The notes under the pieces were generated by a model. The model worked only from the letters and a program-made list of their open reading frames with translations, was not told where the DNA came from and made no database searches. This document shows positions 1 to 8,601 of a stretch of 32,000 nt of DNA, one piece after another. Every line of letters begins with the position of its first letter. The first letter of the stretch is position 1. The position numbers and the translations under genes are program-made. The DNA comes from Ktedonobacterales bacterium (GTDB lineage: Bacteria > Chloroflexota > Ktedonobacteria > Ktedonobacterales > JADMIN01), in assembly GCA_030167145.1 (NCBI GenBank), contig CP126532.1, positions 2,310,001 to 2,342,000 on the forward strand, given 5' to 3'.

Positions 1-1
1 C

Positions 2-145
2 GTGACGTTCATTGCCACGGCGTCGGCGGTGAACTGGGCGACGGCGACATTCTTCATCGTCACGTTCGCCCTTGGCGCGCTCGGCTACTGGCTGGGGGGG
101 CGGTATTCGCGGCGGCGCTGGGGAACCGATGATACTGTCGAATAG
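2..145 (+). CDS. 3' end of a membrane protein gene (partial, continues upstream of window)
   Basis: Frame 2 reads VTFIATASAVNWATATFFIVTFALGALGYWLGGRYSRRRWGTDDTVE then TAG at 143-145. This is a hydrophobic helix followed by a basic tail. GC-rich third positions. No family assignment is possible from 47 aa. Confidence 0.4.
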   Translation: MTFIATASAVNWATATFFIVTFALGALGYWLGGRYSRRRWGTDDTVE

Positions 146-253
146 GCGCGTCCGTCACCTATGCGTCAACCACAACGCACCCTGTACGTATCTCTCAGCA
201 GGGGTGGTTTGTACAAGGTATTCGTACCACTCACATGAGAAAGAGAGCGTCCG

Positions 254-652
254 ATGAGCCAGCCGTATCAGCCACAACAGACCGCGACCGCTTACGCGCC
301 GCAGCAGGTGCGCGCCTTCGACCATAGCCAGGTGACGGCGGCATTCGAGTTGCCGGGCCGCAAGATTGTCGCGAATTATGGGATTGTGCGAGGGATTATT
401 GTGCGCTCGCGCAATCTCTTCGGGCAGATCGGCGCGGGGTTCCAGACGCTCTTCGGTGGGAATATCTCACTGTATACCCAACTCTGTGAACGCGCACGGC
501 TTGATGCCTACGAACTGATGATCCAGCATGCGGCGGAGTTGGGTGCGAATGCGGTTATCTGCGTCCGCTATGATGCGACGGAGATCGCCGCTGGGGTCAC
601 GGAGGTGCTGTGCTACGGGACGGCGGTTACGGTGGCGCCCGCGGATGCCTGA
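254..652 (+). CDS. ybjQ: YbjQ/UPF0145 (DUF74) family protein, putative heavy-metal-binding domain
   Basis: 132-aa ORF. The core IVANYGIVRGIIVRSRNLFGQIGAGFQTLFGGNISLYTQLCERARLDAYELMIQHAAELGANAVICVRYD matches the YbjQ family pattern as I recall it. A purine-rich GAGAAAGAGAG lies just upstream of ATG 254. Confidence 0.85.
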   Translation: MSQPYQPQQTATAYAPQQVRAFDHSQVTAAFELPGRKIVANYGIVRGIIVRSRNLFGQIGAGFQTLFGGNISLYTQLCERARLDAYELMIQHAAELGANAVICVRYDATEIAAGVTEVLCYGTAVTVAPADA

Positions 653-678
653 GACGGGCGCGAGGACGCTGACCGGAT

Positions 679-1464
679 TCAGAACGCCTCAGCAGAGGGC
701 GCGGCATAGCTGGAGATGACGAGGATGCCGCGCGCCAAGAGCGCTGAGGCGATTCCGACGACCTGGTTCTCAGGGAGGTCGGACAGCTCGCGCGCGATGG
801 CCCAGAGTGGCGCGCGGCCATTGACCGAGGCGAGCAGTTTCCACTCCTCGCGCTGAAGCTGAATGGGGATGGGGCTGGCGGGGTCCACATCGGAGAAGGT
901 GAGCACAGCCTCCGGCCCCAACGAAGCCGCTTCACGGCCACGCGGCGACTGGCCGAGCATGGGCTGTGATGCCGGCGCGGGCTGACCGCCCGCATGGAGC
1001 GCGCGGGCGACGACGGCGCCAACGGGCAGGGGCAATGAGACGCGCTCAGGCGGTGGGGGAGTGCCATCCTGGAAGGCGAAGTCGCCATCGGGCCAGGAGA
1101 GCAGCGTACCCAGCAAGCTGACCGCATCATCCAGGAGGAAGGCGCGCAGGTGATCTTGCGATAGGAAACCCGCGCGCAGAAGCGCCTGCACTGCCTGGAC
1201 ATCTGGAATGGAGCCAACCTGGGCGAAGGGGACACGTAAGACCGACTCGATCTGTTCGGGCGGCAGATAGCCGAGACGGGCGAGCTGGCGCGCGATTGGG
1301 AACGAGGCGCCGACGCGGTCGCCGAGGAGCCATTGCCCCTGGCCGAAGTAGATCTCCGCTTGTTTATCGTGCAGGACGACCAGCACGCCGGTGAGCCGAT
1401 TGACTTCGATGACGCGCAATACATCGGGCAACGGATGTTGCCGCAGATTTCCAGACAGAGGCAT
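679..1464 (-). CDS. DUF4388 (PATAN-type N-terminal) domain protein
   Basis: The track ORF 679..1677 is trimmed to the internal ATG at 1464 (MPLSGNLRQHPLPDVLRVIEVNRLTGVLVVL...AEIYFGQGQ...WPDGDFAFQDG), which is the typical DUF4388 opening. The upstream 71 codons are Cys/Arg-rich and look non-coding. Confidence 0.7.
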   Translation of the reverse strand: MPLSGNLRQHPLPDVLRVIEVNRLTGVLVVLHDKQAEIYFGQGQWLLGDRVGASFPIARQLARLGYLPPEQIESVLRVPFAQVGSIPDVQAVQALLRAGFLSQDHLRAFLLDDAVSLLGTLLSWPDGDFAFQDGTPPPPERVSLPLPVGAVVARALHAGGQPAPASQPMLGQSPRGREAASLGPEAVLTFSDVDPASPIPIQLQREEWKLLASVNGRAPLWAIARELSDLPENQVVGIASALLARGILVISSYAAPSAEAF

Positions 1465-1754
1465 CCTGAATCTCCCGACGAGTAACAGTGGGCCGTGCGC
1501 GCTACGTCGCTGGTCGCTGTTCGCCAGTATACACCATCGCGGTGAGCAGAAGAAATGGCGTATGGGCGAGATGACGCGCGGACTCCTACATAATAGTCTA
1601 CCGCAGGGAGTCACCTGGATCAGTTCTATGGTGCAACCTGGATGGGCGTGAATACAGTACAATCTTGTGCATGTCACGGTGGGGTCACGAACCCAAATGA
1701 TGTGCGGATGCAGGTTATTCCCCGGCGCACGGGTGGAATCAGGATACGACTGAC

Positions 1755-3161
1755 GTGGTGAAGGTTAACGGTGGTCTGGGAAAGGCGGGCGAAGCAGAGC
1801 AGCCAGCGGCGACGGCGCATGCTGCCATGACAGGCGCACACGATACACACGATACACACGATATGCACGACACGGCGAATGATACGGGGGCGCGGGCAAC
1901 GGTTGCGCTGCCGGATGCGGCAAGGGATGAGCACGATGCGTATGCGGCTTTGCGCTACCCCGATTTCCGGCGGCTGCTGGTGGGGAGATTTCTGGGGACG
2001 TTGGGCGAGCAGATGCTGACGGTGGCTATTGGCTGGGAACTCTATTTGCGCACGCGCTCGGCGTTGGCGCTGGGGCTGGTGGGGCTGGTGCAGGTGCTGC
2101 CGGTCATCGTGCTTTCGTTGTTCGCGGGGCAGATCGCCGACCGTTATGATCGCAAACGCATTGTGGTGTTGTCGCAGGCTGGGCTGGCGGTATGCTCATT
2201 TGGGCTGGCGCTGCTCTCGGCGCAACAGGGGCCGCTGCTCTTGATCTACGGGTGTTTGTTCCTGATCGGCGTGGGCGTCGCCTTCAATGATCCCGCCAGT
2301 TCGAGCCTCTTACCGCAGATCGTACCCGCCGAACAGTTCGCCAATGCGGCGGCGTGGAGCAGCAGTTCGTGGCAACTCGCGGCGGTCATTGGCCCGGCGC
2401 TCGGCGGTGGGGTGATCGCGCTCCTGGGCGGCGCCACATCGGTCTATCTGATCAATGCGCTGGCGGGCGTGGCGGTGGTGGTGTTGGTGGCGAGCATCCG
2501 CAGCCGCCAGGCCGCGCGGAAGTCTGAAGAGATTACCATGCGCTCGCTGCTGGCGGGGATCGCGTTCTTGCGGCGGACGCCGGTGTTGCTGGCGGCGATC
2601 ACGCTGGATTTGTTTGCGGTACTACTGGGAGGCGCGACAACATTGATGCCGATCTTCGCGACGGACATCTTGCATGTGGGCGCGACGGGGCTGGGACTGT
2701 TGCGCGCCGCGCCTTCGGTGGGGGCGGTGGTCATGGCGCTGACGCTGGCGCATCTGCCGCCCTTCAGGCGCGCGGGGCGAACGCTGCTTGTCGCGGTGGC
2801 GGGCTTTGGTGTGGCGACGATTGTCTTTGGCATCTCGCACTCGTTCTTGCTGTCGCTGCTGATGCTGGCGCTGTTGGGCGCGCTGGATAATATCAGTGTC
2901 GTGATCCGCAGCACGCTGCTGCTGACGCGCACACCAGACGAAATGCGTGGGCGCACGGCAGCGGTAAATCTGGTGTTCGTCGGCTCGTCGAATGAGCTAG
3001 GCGGTTTTGAATCTGGGGTGGTTGCCGCACTGTTCGGCCCGGTGCTGGCGGTGGTGGCGGGAGGCATCGGCACCGTGCTGGTGGTGGCGGCGGTGGCGTG
3101 GCGCTGGCCGGAGATGCGGCGTCTGAAGCGGCTGGACGGCTTGCACGATGAGGCGGAATGA
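1755..3161 (+). CDS. MFS transporter (DHA3/EntS-like efflux type)
   Basis: 468-aa ORF with about 12 hydrophobic segments. The N-terminal LRYPDFRRLLVGRFLGTLGEQM and the loop motif GQIADRYDRKRI are typical of MFS_3/enterobactin-exporter-like proteins. The start is uncertain: GTG 1755 or ATG 1827/1863. Confidence 0.85.
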   Translation: MVKVNGGLGKAGEAEQPAATAHAAMTGAHDTHDTHDMHDTANDTGARATVALPDAARDEHDAYAALRYPDFRRLLVGRFLGTLGEQMLTVAIGWELYLRTRSALALGLVGLVQVLPVIVLSLFAGQIADRYDRKRIVVLSQAGLAVCSFGLALLSAQQGPLLLIYGCLFLIGVGVAFNDPASSSLLPQIVPAEQFANAAAWSSSSWQLAAVIGPALGGGVIALLGGATSVYLINALAGVAVVVLVASIRSRQAARKSEEITMRSLLAGIAFLRRTPVLLAAITLDLFAVLLGGATTLMPIFATDILHVGATGLGLLRAAPSVGAVVMALTLAHLPPFRRAGRTLLVAVAGFGVATIVFGISHSFLLSLLMLALLGALDNISVVIRSTLLLTRTPDEMRGRTAAVNLVFVGSSNELGGFESGVVAALFGPVLAVVAGGIGTVLVVAAVAWRWPEMRRLKRLDGLHDEAE

Positions 3162-3168
3162 GCAACGC

Positions 3169-3197
3169 TTGCCAAGGGGGAGCGGGTAGAGTAGAAT
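3169..3197 (+). promoter_or_regulatory. sigma70-like promoter candidate for the CoxG-like gene
   Basis: TTGCCA (3169-3174), a 17-nt spacer, then TAGAAT (3192-3197). It sits in the 155-bp gap after the MFS stop, about 120 nt upstream of ATG 3317. Confidence 0.4.
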
Positions 3198-3316
3198 GGC
3201 TACGCAAAGATACCGCCTGCATGTCGGGGGGCGCGCTGGTCAGTCTGGTGAGGTGGCGTCTGCTGCGCGCAGGGGGGAGCGACGAACATCGTGCATGAAG
3301 AAGGTTGGAGGAGCAC

Positions 3317-3751
3317 ATGGATCTGAGCGGCACGCGCACGATTGCGGCGAGTCCGCAGGCGGTCTGGGATACACTACGCAACCCCAGCGCCCTGCAAAAG
3401 GCGATTCCGGGTGCGGAGGAAGTCACCTGGCTGGATGACAATACAATGAAGGTGCGCCTGAACGTGGGTGTGGGGCCGCTCAAGGGGACCGGCACACTGC
3501 GCATCCAGGTGGCGGAGGCGACGCCGCCCAGCCACATGAAACTGGTGGTGAATCGCAATGATGAGCGCAGTTCGGTGGACGGCTCGCTCACTGTGGATCT
3601 GGCTGCCGATGGCGCTGGCACGAAGCTCACCTATAAGGGCGCGGTCACGCTTGGCGGGATGCTGGCGGCGATGGATAATCCGCTGACCGGGCCTATCGTG
3701 GGGCAGCAGGTCAACCACTTCTTCGACAAACTCGCGCAGGAAGCCCACTAG
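3317..3751 (+). CDS. SRPBCC-fold protein, CoxG (carbon monoxide dehydrogenase subunit G)-like
   Basis: MDLSGTRTIAASPQAVWDTLRNPSALQKAIPGAEEVTWLDDNTMKVRLNVGVGPLKGTGTLRIQV...DGAGTKLTYKGAVTLGGMLAAM matches the CoxG/polyketide-cyclase-like pattern. GGAGGAG at 3307-3313 precedes ATG 3317, so I trimmed the track start at 3305. Confidence 0.8.
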   Translation: MDLSGTRTIAASPQAVWDTLRNPSALQKAIPGAEEVTWLDDNTMKVRLNVGVGPLKGTGTLRIQVAEATPPSHMKLVVNRNDERSSVDGSLTVDLAADGAGTKLTYKGAVTLGGMLAAMDNPLTGPIVGQQVNHFFDKLAQEAH

Positions 3752-3778
3752 ACGCGGGGAAACCAGCGCTACGAAGAT

Positions 3779-3820
3779 GCGTGCTGGCGGTCAGGCAAAT
3801 CGCGCTGATGGCCAGCACGC
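3779..3820 (+). terminator. stem-loop downstream of the CoxG-like gene (weak terminator candidate)
   Basis: A perfect 10-bp inverted repeat, GCGTGCTGGC (3779-3788) and GCCAGCACGC (3811-3820), followed by TCTTTCGC. The 22-nt loop is large for an intrinsic terminator. Confidence 0.3.
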
Positions 3821-4136
3821 TCTTTCGCACGTGCGACCGGCGCCATCAAGGTTGAGTTGTGCGGACGCGATTTCGCCGCCCAAATAGCCACATTGGCACA
3901 ACAATTGCTTTCTAGACACTTGGGCCGCTCGCTCCGATGCGGGCGAGTGCGAAGGAATGGAATCTTCGGCTGATAGTGTCAGATGGCCTGCCAGCGCCAA
4001 AAGTCCCGTATCCGTTTGTTCCTGATACGTGATGCTCCATGCCCGTGCCACGTTAAGTGGGGTAGAGAAGGTCGCGGACCACAGTGAGTGATGCGCTGGC
4101 CAGCCTGCCCGGAGACGCGATCAGGCACGGCAAAGG

Positions 4137-4601
4137 ATGGAGACGGGGGATAGTGGTGTGGGGCGGACAATAGCCAAGGTGTTGGTCGTAGACGACGATC
4201 AAGATATACGCGATACGCTGCGTATGGCGCTCGAAGACGAGGGCTACGTGGTGGAAGAGGCGAGCGATGGAGTACGCGCGCTAGCATTGTTACGCACCTC
4301 ACAGGAGCCGATGGTGGTGCTGCTGGACCTGATGATGCCGAATATGGGTGGGGCGGGCGTGCTGGATGCGGTGGCGAAGGATCAGCATCTGGCCAAACGC
4401 TTTGCGTATGTGCTGGTCACGGCTGATAGCAGCACACAGCCGATGGCTTTCGTCAGACAGATGCACGAGTTAGGGGTGCCGTTCATCAGCAAGCCGTTCG
4501 ACCTGGATCACTTGTTTCGTGTCATCGAGGAATCGGGTCGCCGCCTGAGAAGCACGCCCGGCGACACGAACCACTGGCCGACCAGCGCCTCGGCTTCGTA
4601 G
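4137..4601 (+). CDS. single-domain response regulator (CheY-like receiver)
   Basis: KVLVVDDDQDIRDTLRMALEDEGYVV...MVVLLDLMMPNMGG...VLVTAD...ISKPFD carries the acidic pocket, the phospho-acceptor Asp, and the conserved Thr and Lys. No output domain is present. The start could be GTG 4158. Confidence 0.85.
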   Translation: METGDSGVGRTIAKVLVVDDDQDIRDTLRMALEDEGYVVEEASDGVRALALLRTSQEPMVVLLDLMMPNMGGAGVLDAVAKDQHLAKRFAYVLVTADSSTQPMAFVRQMHELGVPFISKPFDLDHLFRVIEESGRRLRSTPGDTNHWPTSASAS

Positions 4602-4877
4602 GCGCGGCGGCCTGACAGGCGCCAGATTGTTTGGCGCGGACGGCGCGGGTGCGCGGCCTCTATCATGGGAACGCTACACGTTCGGTGGGTACTTCCAGGC
4701 TACGAAATCGGGCTGAAATTGACGCTTCCCACTGGTCAATGGCATGCTGGATGCCGATGGCGCGATCAGTTGTCGCGCCGGGGCGCGGTGACCGATGTGC
4801 TGTGAAGGAATGGGCAGACGCGGGCTTGAGAGGTGTGGTGGCGCGGGATCGCTCCAAGTTGGCGAAGGGAAGTGGAT

Positions 4878-5768
4878 ATGGCGCGACGGAACTGGAGTGA
4901 TGATGCCACGACGCGGCAGCCAGTCAACGGCACGGAGCCGTCTGCCAGCCCACCCACCATCGCGGGCGCCCTGGACGCGGTGAGCCGCCAACTGGAGGCG
5001 CTCGATGGGGATACAATCAAGGATACGGGCGCAGCCAGCCGCGCGGAGTCGCGCGATACGGGAGCGACTACGCTGAGGCCCAGGCCCGGCGCGCCATCGC
5101 TTTCGTTGCCCACGCTGACCGGCGCGCAACTGCCCGCGCTGACGACGACGAACGCCAATCGCCAGCTCGCGCTGCATGAAGACGATGATGACCAGCCGAA
5201 GGCGCTGCTGATTTTTGCATCACAGAAGCCGCGCCATCCATCGCTGGCGGCGATACCGCGCCGCCGTGGTCCGCGCTCGTTTATGGCGCAGTTCATCACC
5301 GCGATGATTACGATGATGGCGCTGACCAGCGCGCTGGCGCTGACGACGCCATTGGGGTCGAGCGCGGCCTTCGCGGGGGCGTTCCAGTCGGGCATCACGT
5401 CACTGGCGTGGGTGCCAACGCGAACACCGACGCCGAAACCGACGCCAACCTACGCGCCACCACATATGAGTGATCCTGGCAAACAAGCCGTCGTCAATGA
5501 GATCGTCGCCGTCTTCGGCAGTTATTCGCAGGGCGCGCTCAATATCGCACGCTGTGAATCGGGCTATGACCCGAACGCGCGCAATTCGTATCCCATTGGC
5601 AATAGCCATGCGGAGGGGGTCTTTCAGATTCTCTATCCGAGCACCTGGAATACGACCTCATACGCGAGCTACTCGCCCTACGACTATGTCGCCAATATTC
5701 ATGCCGCGTACCAGATCTTCAAACGCGACGGATATTCGTGGCGGGAGTGGGAGTGCAAGCCGTATTGA
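4878..5768 (+). CDS. membrane-anchored lysozyme-like / lytic transglycosylase (SLT-type) domain protein
   Basis: The C-terminus ALNIARCESGYDPNARNSYPIGNSHAEGVFQILYPSTWN...YQIFKRDGYSWREWEC resembles the SLT/transglycosylase catalytic-Glu motif (CES...G.FQI...W). A single TM (FITAMITMMALTSALALTTPL) and a PT-rich linker precede it. ATG 4878 follows GAAGGGAAGTGGA. Confidence 0.65.
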   Translation: MARRNWSDDATTRQPVNGTEPSASPPTIAGALDAVSRQLEALDGDTIKDTGAASRAESRDTGATTLRPRPGAPSLSLPTLTGAQLPALTTTNANRQLALHEDDDDQPKALLIFASQKPRHPSLAAIPRRRGPRSFMAQFITAMITMMALTSALALTTPLGSSAAFAGAFQSGITSLAWVPTRTPTPKPTPTYAPPHMSDPGKQAVVNEIVAVFGSYSQGALNIARCESGYDPNARNSYPIGNSHAEGVFQILYPSTWNTTSYASYSPYDYVANIHAAYQIFKRDGYSWREWECKPY

Positions 5769-5829
5769 TACTCCCCGCACTGCCCACACGTTTCCACACG
5801 CGTTGCGGTGACATGCCTGCCGTTCGGCG

Positions 5830-8256
5830 TCAGTGGCAGACGCCCTCGTAGGCGGGCGCGATGTAGTGCTCGACAAATGTCTGGCTGTGTCCCAATTGGT
5901 CGCCGACGATGCCAACCGCCCAGATATTGCAGGCGGAGACAACGGCGATGGAACGCAAGACGGTTTCAAGCCCACCAGGATGCGCATGCGGCACGAGGCT
6001 CCAGACAAAGCTGTCCCATTGCTGGATCAGCGCTTGATCGAGATTTCCGGGACCGCCCGTAAACGTGCCCACGGCCATGAGCCGTGGGGTGCGCGGCACT
6101 TTGGCAGCGGCGAATAATTCGTCGTCGCCGCCTGTGCCAGGGGGGGTTACGACGCTCCACTGGACCCCATCCCAGTGTTCGATGAGCGCTGGAACGGTGG
6201 AGAGGCCGGATGAATTCGACCACCTGCCCACCGCCCACACATTGCTCGACGAGAAGGCGGTCATGCCGAGGAGTTCGTTATCGGCTGTGCCAGGGTTGGG
6301 GCTGGAGACGACGCTCCATTGCGTACCATCCCAATGTTCAATCAGCGTCTTGGGGGTAAGCGCGGCGAGGTCGTAGTATGTGCCAGCGGCCCATACATCG
6401 GTGGACGAGAGCACGGAGACGGCGTTGAGCTGGCTGTTCGTGACGCCGACGTTCGGGCTGGGCACGATGCTCCAACTCGTGCCGTTGTAGTGCTCGACTA
6501 GCGTCTGGTTGGCATAGCCAGAGAAGTCGGCGCTGCTATAGCCCACGGCCCAGAGATCCGTGGCAGATGTGCCGCCGATGGCCGTGAAGATGTTGAGCGC
6601 TGAGCCGACGTTGGGTGTGGAGACGATGTTCCAGTTCGTGCCGTCCCACTGGAGCGCGAGGCTGTTGGTGACGCCCCCGGATGTATCTTGCGAAGCCCCA
6701 ACGGCCCAGACGTTGCTGGCGGAGATGGCGTCGAGTCCGTTGAGGTAGTCGTCCGCTTGGCCGGGATTCGGACTCGCCACGACACTCCAGCCGCTGCCGG
6801 TCCAATGCTCGATCAGCGTGTGGCGCGCGTCATCTGAGATGAGATCGCTGGAAGCGCCCGCGGCCCAGATGTTGTTTGGCGCAAGCGCGGAGACGGCATT
6901 CAAGCCGTTGTAGACGGAGCCGACGGAGGGTGAGGCGACAATCTTCCAGCCGGGCAGGACGAGTTGCGCGATCATGTTATACCAGAATCCAGTGAGTGAG
7001 GTGGCGTTATAGCCCGCGGCCCAGGCGTCGCGGGTGCCAGGGACGGCGGTGATGGCGTAGAAATAGTCTTGCACGGCGCCGTCTACGTTGGGACTGGGCA
7101 CGACACTCCATACGCTGCCGTCGTAATGGAGAATCAGCGAAGGTTGGTTGCCGGTCACCGGGTCGTACTGACGGCCAACGGCCCAGACGTTATTGGGCGC
7201 CAGTGCGGCAACGCCAAAGAGATAGTTGATCTGACTGGGGTTCGGACTGGCGACGACGCTCCAACTCGTGCCGTCAAAGTGCTCGATGAGCGTTTCGTCA
7301 TGGAAGGTGTTGGGGTTGATGTCGTAGCCAACGGCCCAGACATCACTGGCTGACGTGGCGGAGACAGCATAGAGCCAGTTGGTGTTCGTGTAGGCGTTCG
7401 GGCTGGTGATGACGCTCCAACTTGTGCCGTCAAAGTGCTCGACCAGCGTCTTGACTGGATTCGGCCCGATATAGCCGACGGCCCAGACATCGTTGGCGGC
7501 GGTCGCGGTGATGCCGTAGATTTCGGCGAAGCTGGCGAGGCTGGGAGTGGCGGCGACGCTCCAACTCGTGCCGTTGTAGTGCTCGATCAACACATCAAGG
7601 TTATTGCTGCCGTCCACGTAGGAGCCAGCCGCCCACACGTCGTCGGAGGCCAGCGCCGTGACGCCATAAAGGACGTCCCCCGTGCCGATAGTGGGACTGG
7701 AGACGAGGCTCCAACTCGTGCCGTCGTAATGCTCGATCAGCGCCAGGCTCGACGAGCCGAAGCCATTGTAGTAGCCGACGGCCCAGAGTTCATGGGTTGC
7801 TGGCACAGTCGTCACGGCACGCAGTGAGTTGTCGCCTGAGCCACTAGGACTGGCGACGATGCTCCAGCTTGTGCCGTCGTAATGCTCGATGGCTGTATGA
7901 TTATAGCCAGTGCTCGCAGGCCGCGCCTCACCAACCGCCCAGACATCGTTGTTGGCAAACGCGGCCACGCCCCGCAGGACGTTGTAAAACGCATCGGGAC
8001 TTGGATTGGAGGCGAGCGTCCAGGTTCCGGGCGATCCAGATGAGCCTGGCGGCGGCCCCAGGATTCCGGTGGTCGGCGTTGGGCGGCCCGGACGGGGCGA
8101 TCCAATGGGAGGGAGCAGCGGCGGGCGACCAAGAGATGTGGCATGGGCGTGAACGGAAGCAGCGCCGACTGCCACGAGGGGAATGAGCACTACGAGCACT
8201 ACGAGCACTACGCAACTCAGCACCAGCGGCCTTAAGAATGTCATGCGCTTCGGCAT
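5830..8256 (-). CDS. secreted tandem-repeat beta-propeller-like protein (about 13-14 repeats of ~50 aa, Ycf48/BNR-like x-D-G-x-x-W blades)
   Basis: 808-aa ORF. It has an N-terminal signal/anchor (LVLSCVVLVVLVVLIPLVAVGAASVHAHA) and a Pro-rich linker. Then come repeated units ...DVWAVG...(L)IEHYDGTSWS(V)V(A)SPN.... GAGGTGA lies 4-5 nt upstream of ATG 8256. Confidence 0.85.
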   Translation of the reverse strand: MPKRMTFLRPLVLSCVVLVVLVVLIPLVAVGAASVHAHATSLGRPPLLPPIGSPRPGRPTPTTGILGPPPGSSGSPGTWTLASNPSPDAFYNVLRGVAAFANNDVWAVGEARPASTGYNHTAIEHYDGTSWSIVASPSGSGDNSLRAVTTVPATHELWAVGYYNGFGSSSLALIEHYDGTSWSLVSSPTIGTGDVLYGVTALASDDVWAAGSYVDGSNNLDVLIEHYNGTSWSVAATPSLASFAEIYGITATAANDVWAVGYIGPNPVKTLVEHFDGTSWSVITSPNAYTNTNWLYAVSATSASDVWAVGYDINPNTFHDETLIEHFDGTSWSVVASPNPSQINYLFGVAALAPNNVWAVGRQYDPVTGNQPSLILHYDGSVWSVVPSPNVDGAVQDYFYAITAVPGTRDAWAAGYNATSLTGFWYNMIAQLVLPGWKIVASPSVGSVYNGLNAVSALAPNNIWAAGASSDLISDDARHTLIEHWTGSGWSVVASPNPGQADDYLNGLDAISASNVWAVGASQDTSGGVTNSLALQWDGTNWNIVSTPNVGSALNIFTAIGGTSATDLWAVGYSSADFSGYANQTLVEHYNGTSWSIVPSPNVGVTNSQLNAVSVLSSTDVWAAGTYYDLAALTPKTLIEHWDGTQWSVVSSPNPGTADNELLGMTAFSSSNVWAVGRWSNSSGLSTVPALIEHWDGVQWSVVTPPGTGGDDELFAAAKVPRTPRLMAVGTFTGGPGNLDQALIQQWDSFVWSLVPHAHPGGLETVLRSIAVVSACNIWAVGIVGDQLGHSQTFVEHYIAPAYEGVCH

Positions 8257-8601
8257 AGCTCACCTCACATCGCGCTACTCGACCTGGCCCTATCGCACGG
8301 ATAATCGCATTGCTGGCGGTTGTTAACTTTCTAACGAGTGAGCATAGTGGTCTTGTGAAATTGTGTCAAGTCGGCAAAACTGCTTAATTGTGCGCTCACA
8401 CTGTAACTGGATTGACGCGATACCAGCGAAGTCTATGGAGTCATCAGAAGCCGGGCAAAGTTATCAGAAAACTCACCATATTAAGGCGGCATCACCGCGT
8501 ATACTACGCTGTGGCGCTTGCGGGTATGCCAGTTCATGGTAGAGTGTCGAAGCGCCGGTGAGACGGAATCTTTGTGTGCGCTGTGGTAAGGAGATGTGGC
8601 G

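Noticed and set aside
72-257. 61-aa ORF spanning the first intergenic region
   Set aside because: It overlaps the 3' end of the incoming membrane-protein gene in another frame and runs into the ybjQ start. It has no SD and an odd composition.
627-1424. 265-aa minus ORF overlapping the DUF4388 gene in another frame, and similar nested ORFs (1127..1333, 528..719)
   Set aside because: These are out-of-frame shadows with Ser/Arg/Pro-rich composition. The DUF4388 frame has the recognisable domain opening and balanced composition.
3791-4051. 86-aa minus-strand ORF in the long spacer before the response regulator
   Set aside because: Third-position GC (about 55%) is far below that of neighbouring genes. 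No SD is present, no motif is recognised, and the ORF runs through the putative terminator stem. It is kept only as part of the 'unexplained spacer' finding.
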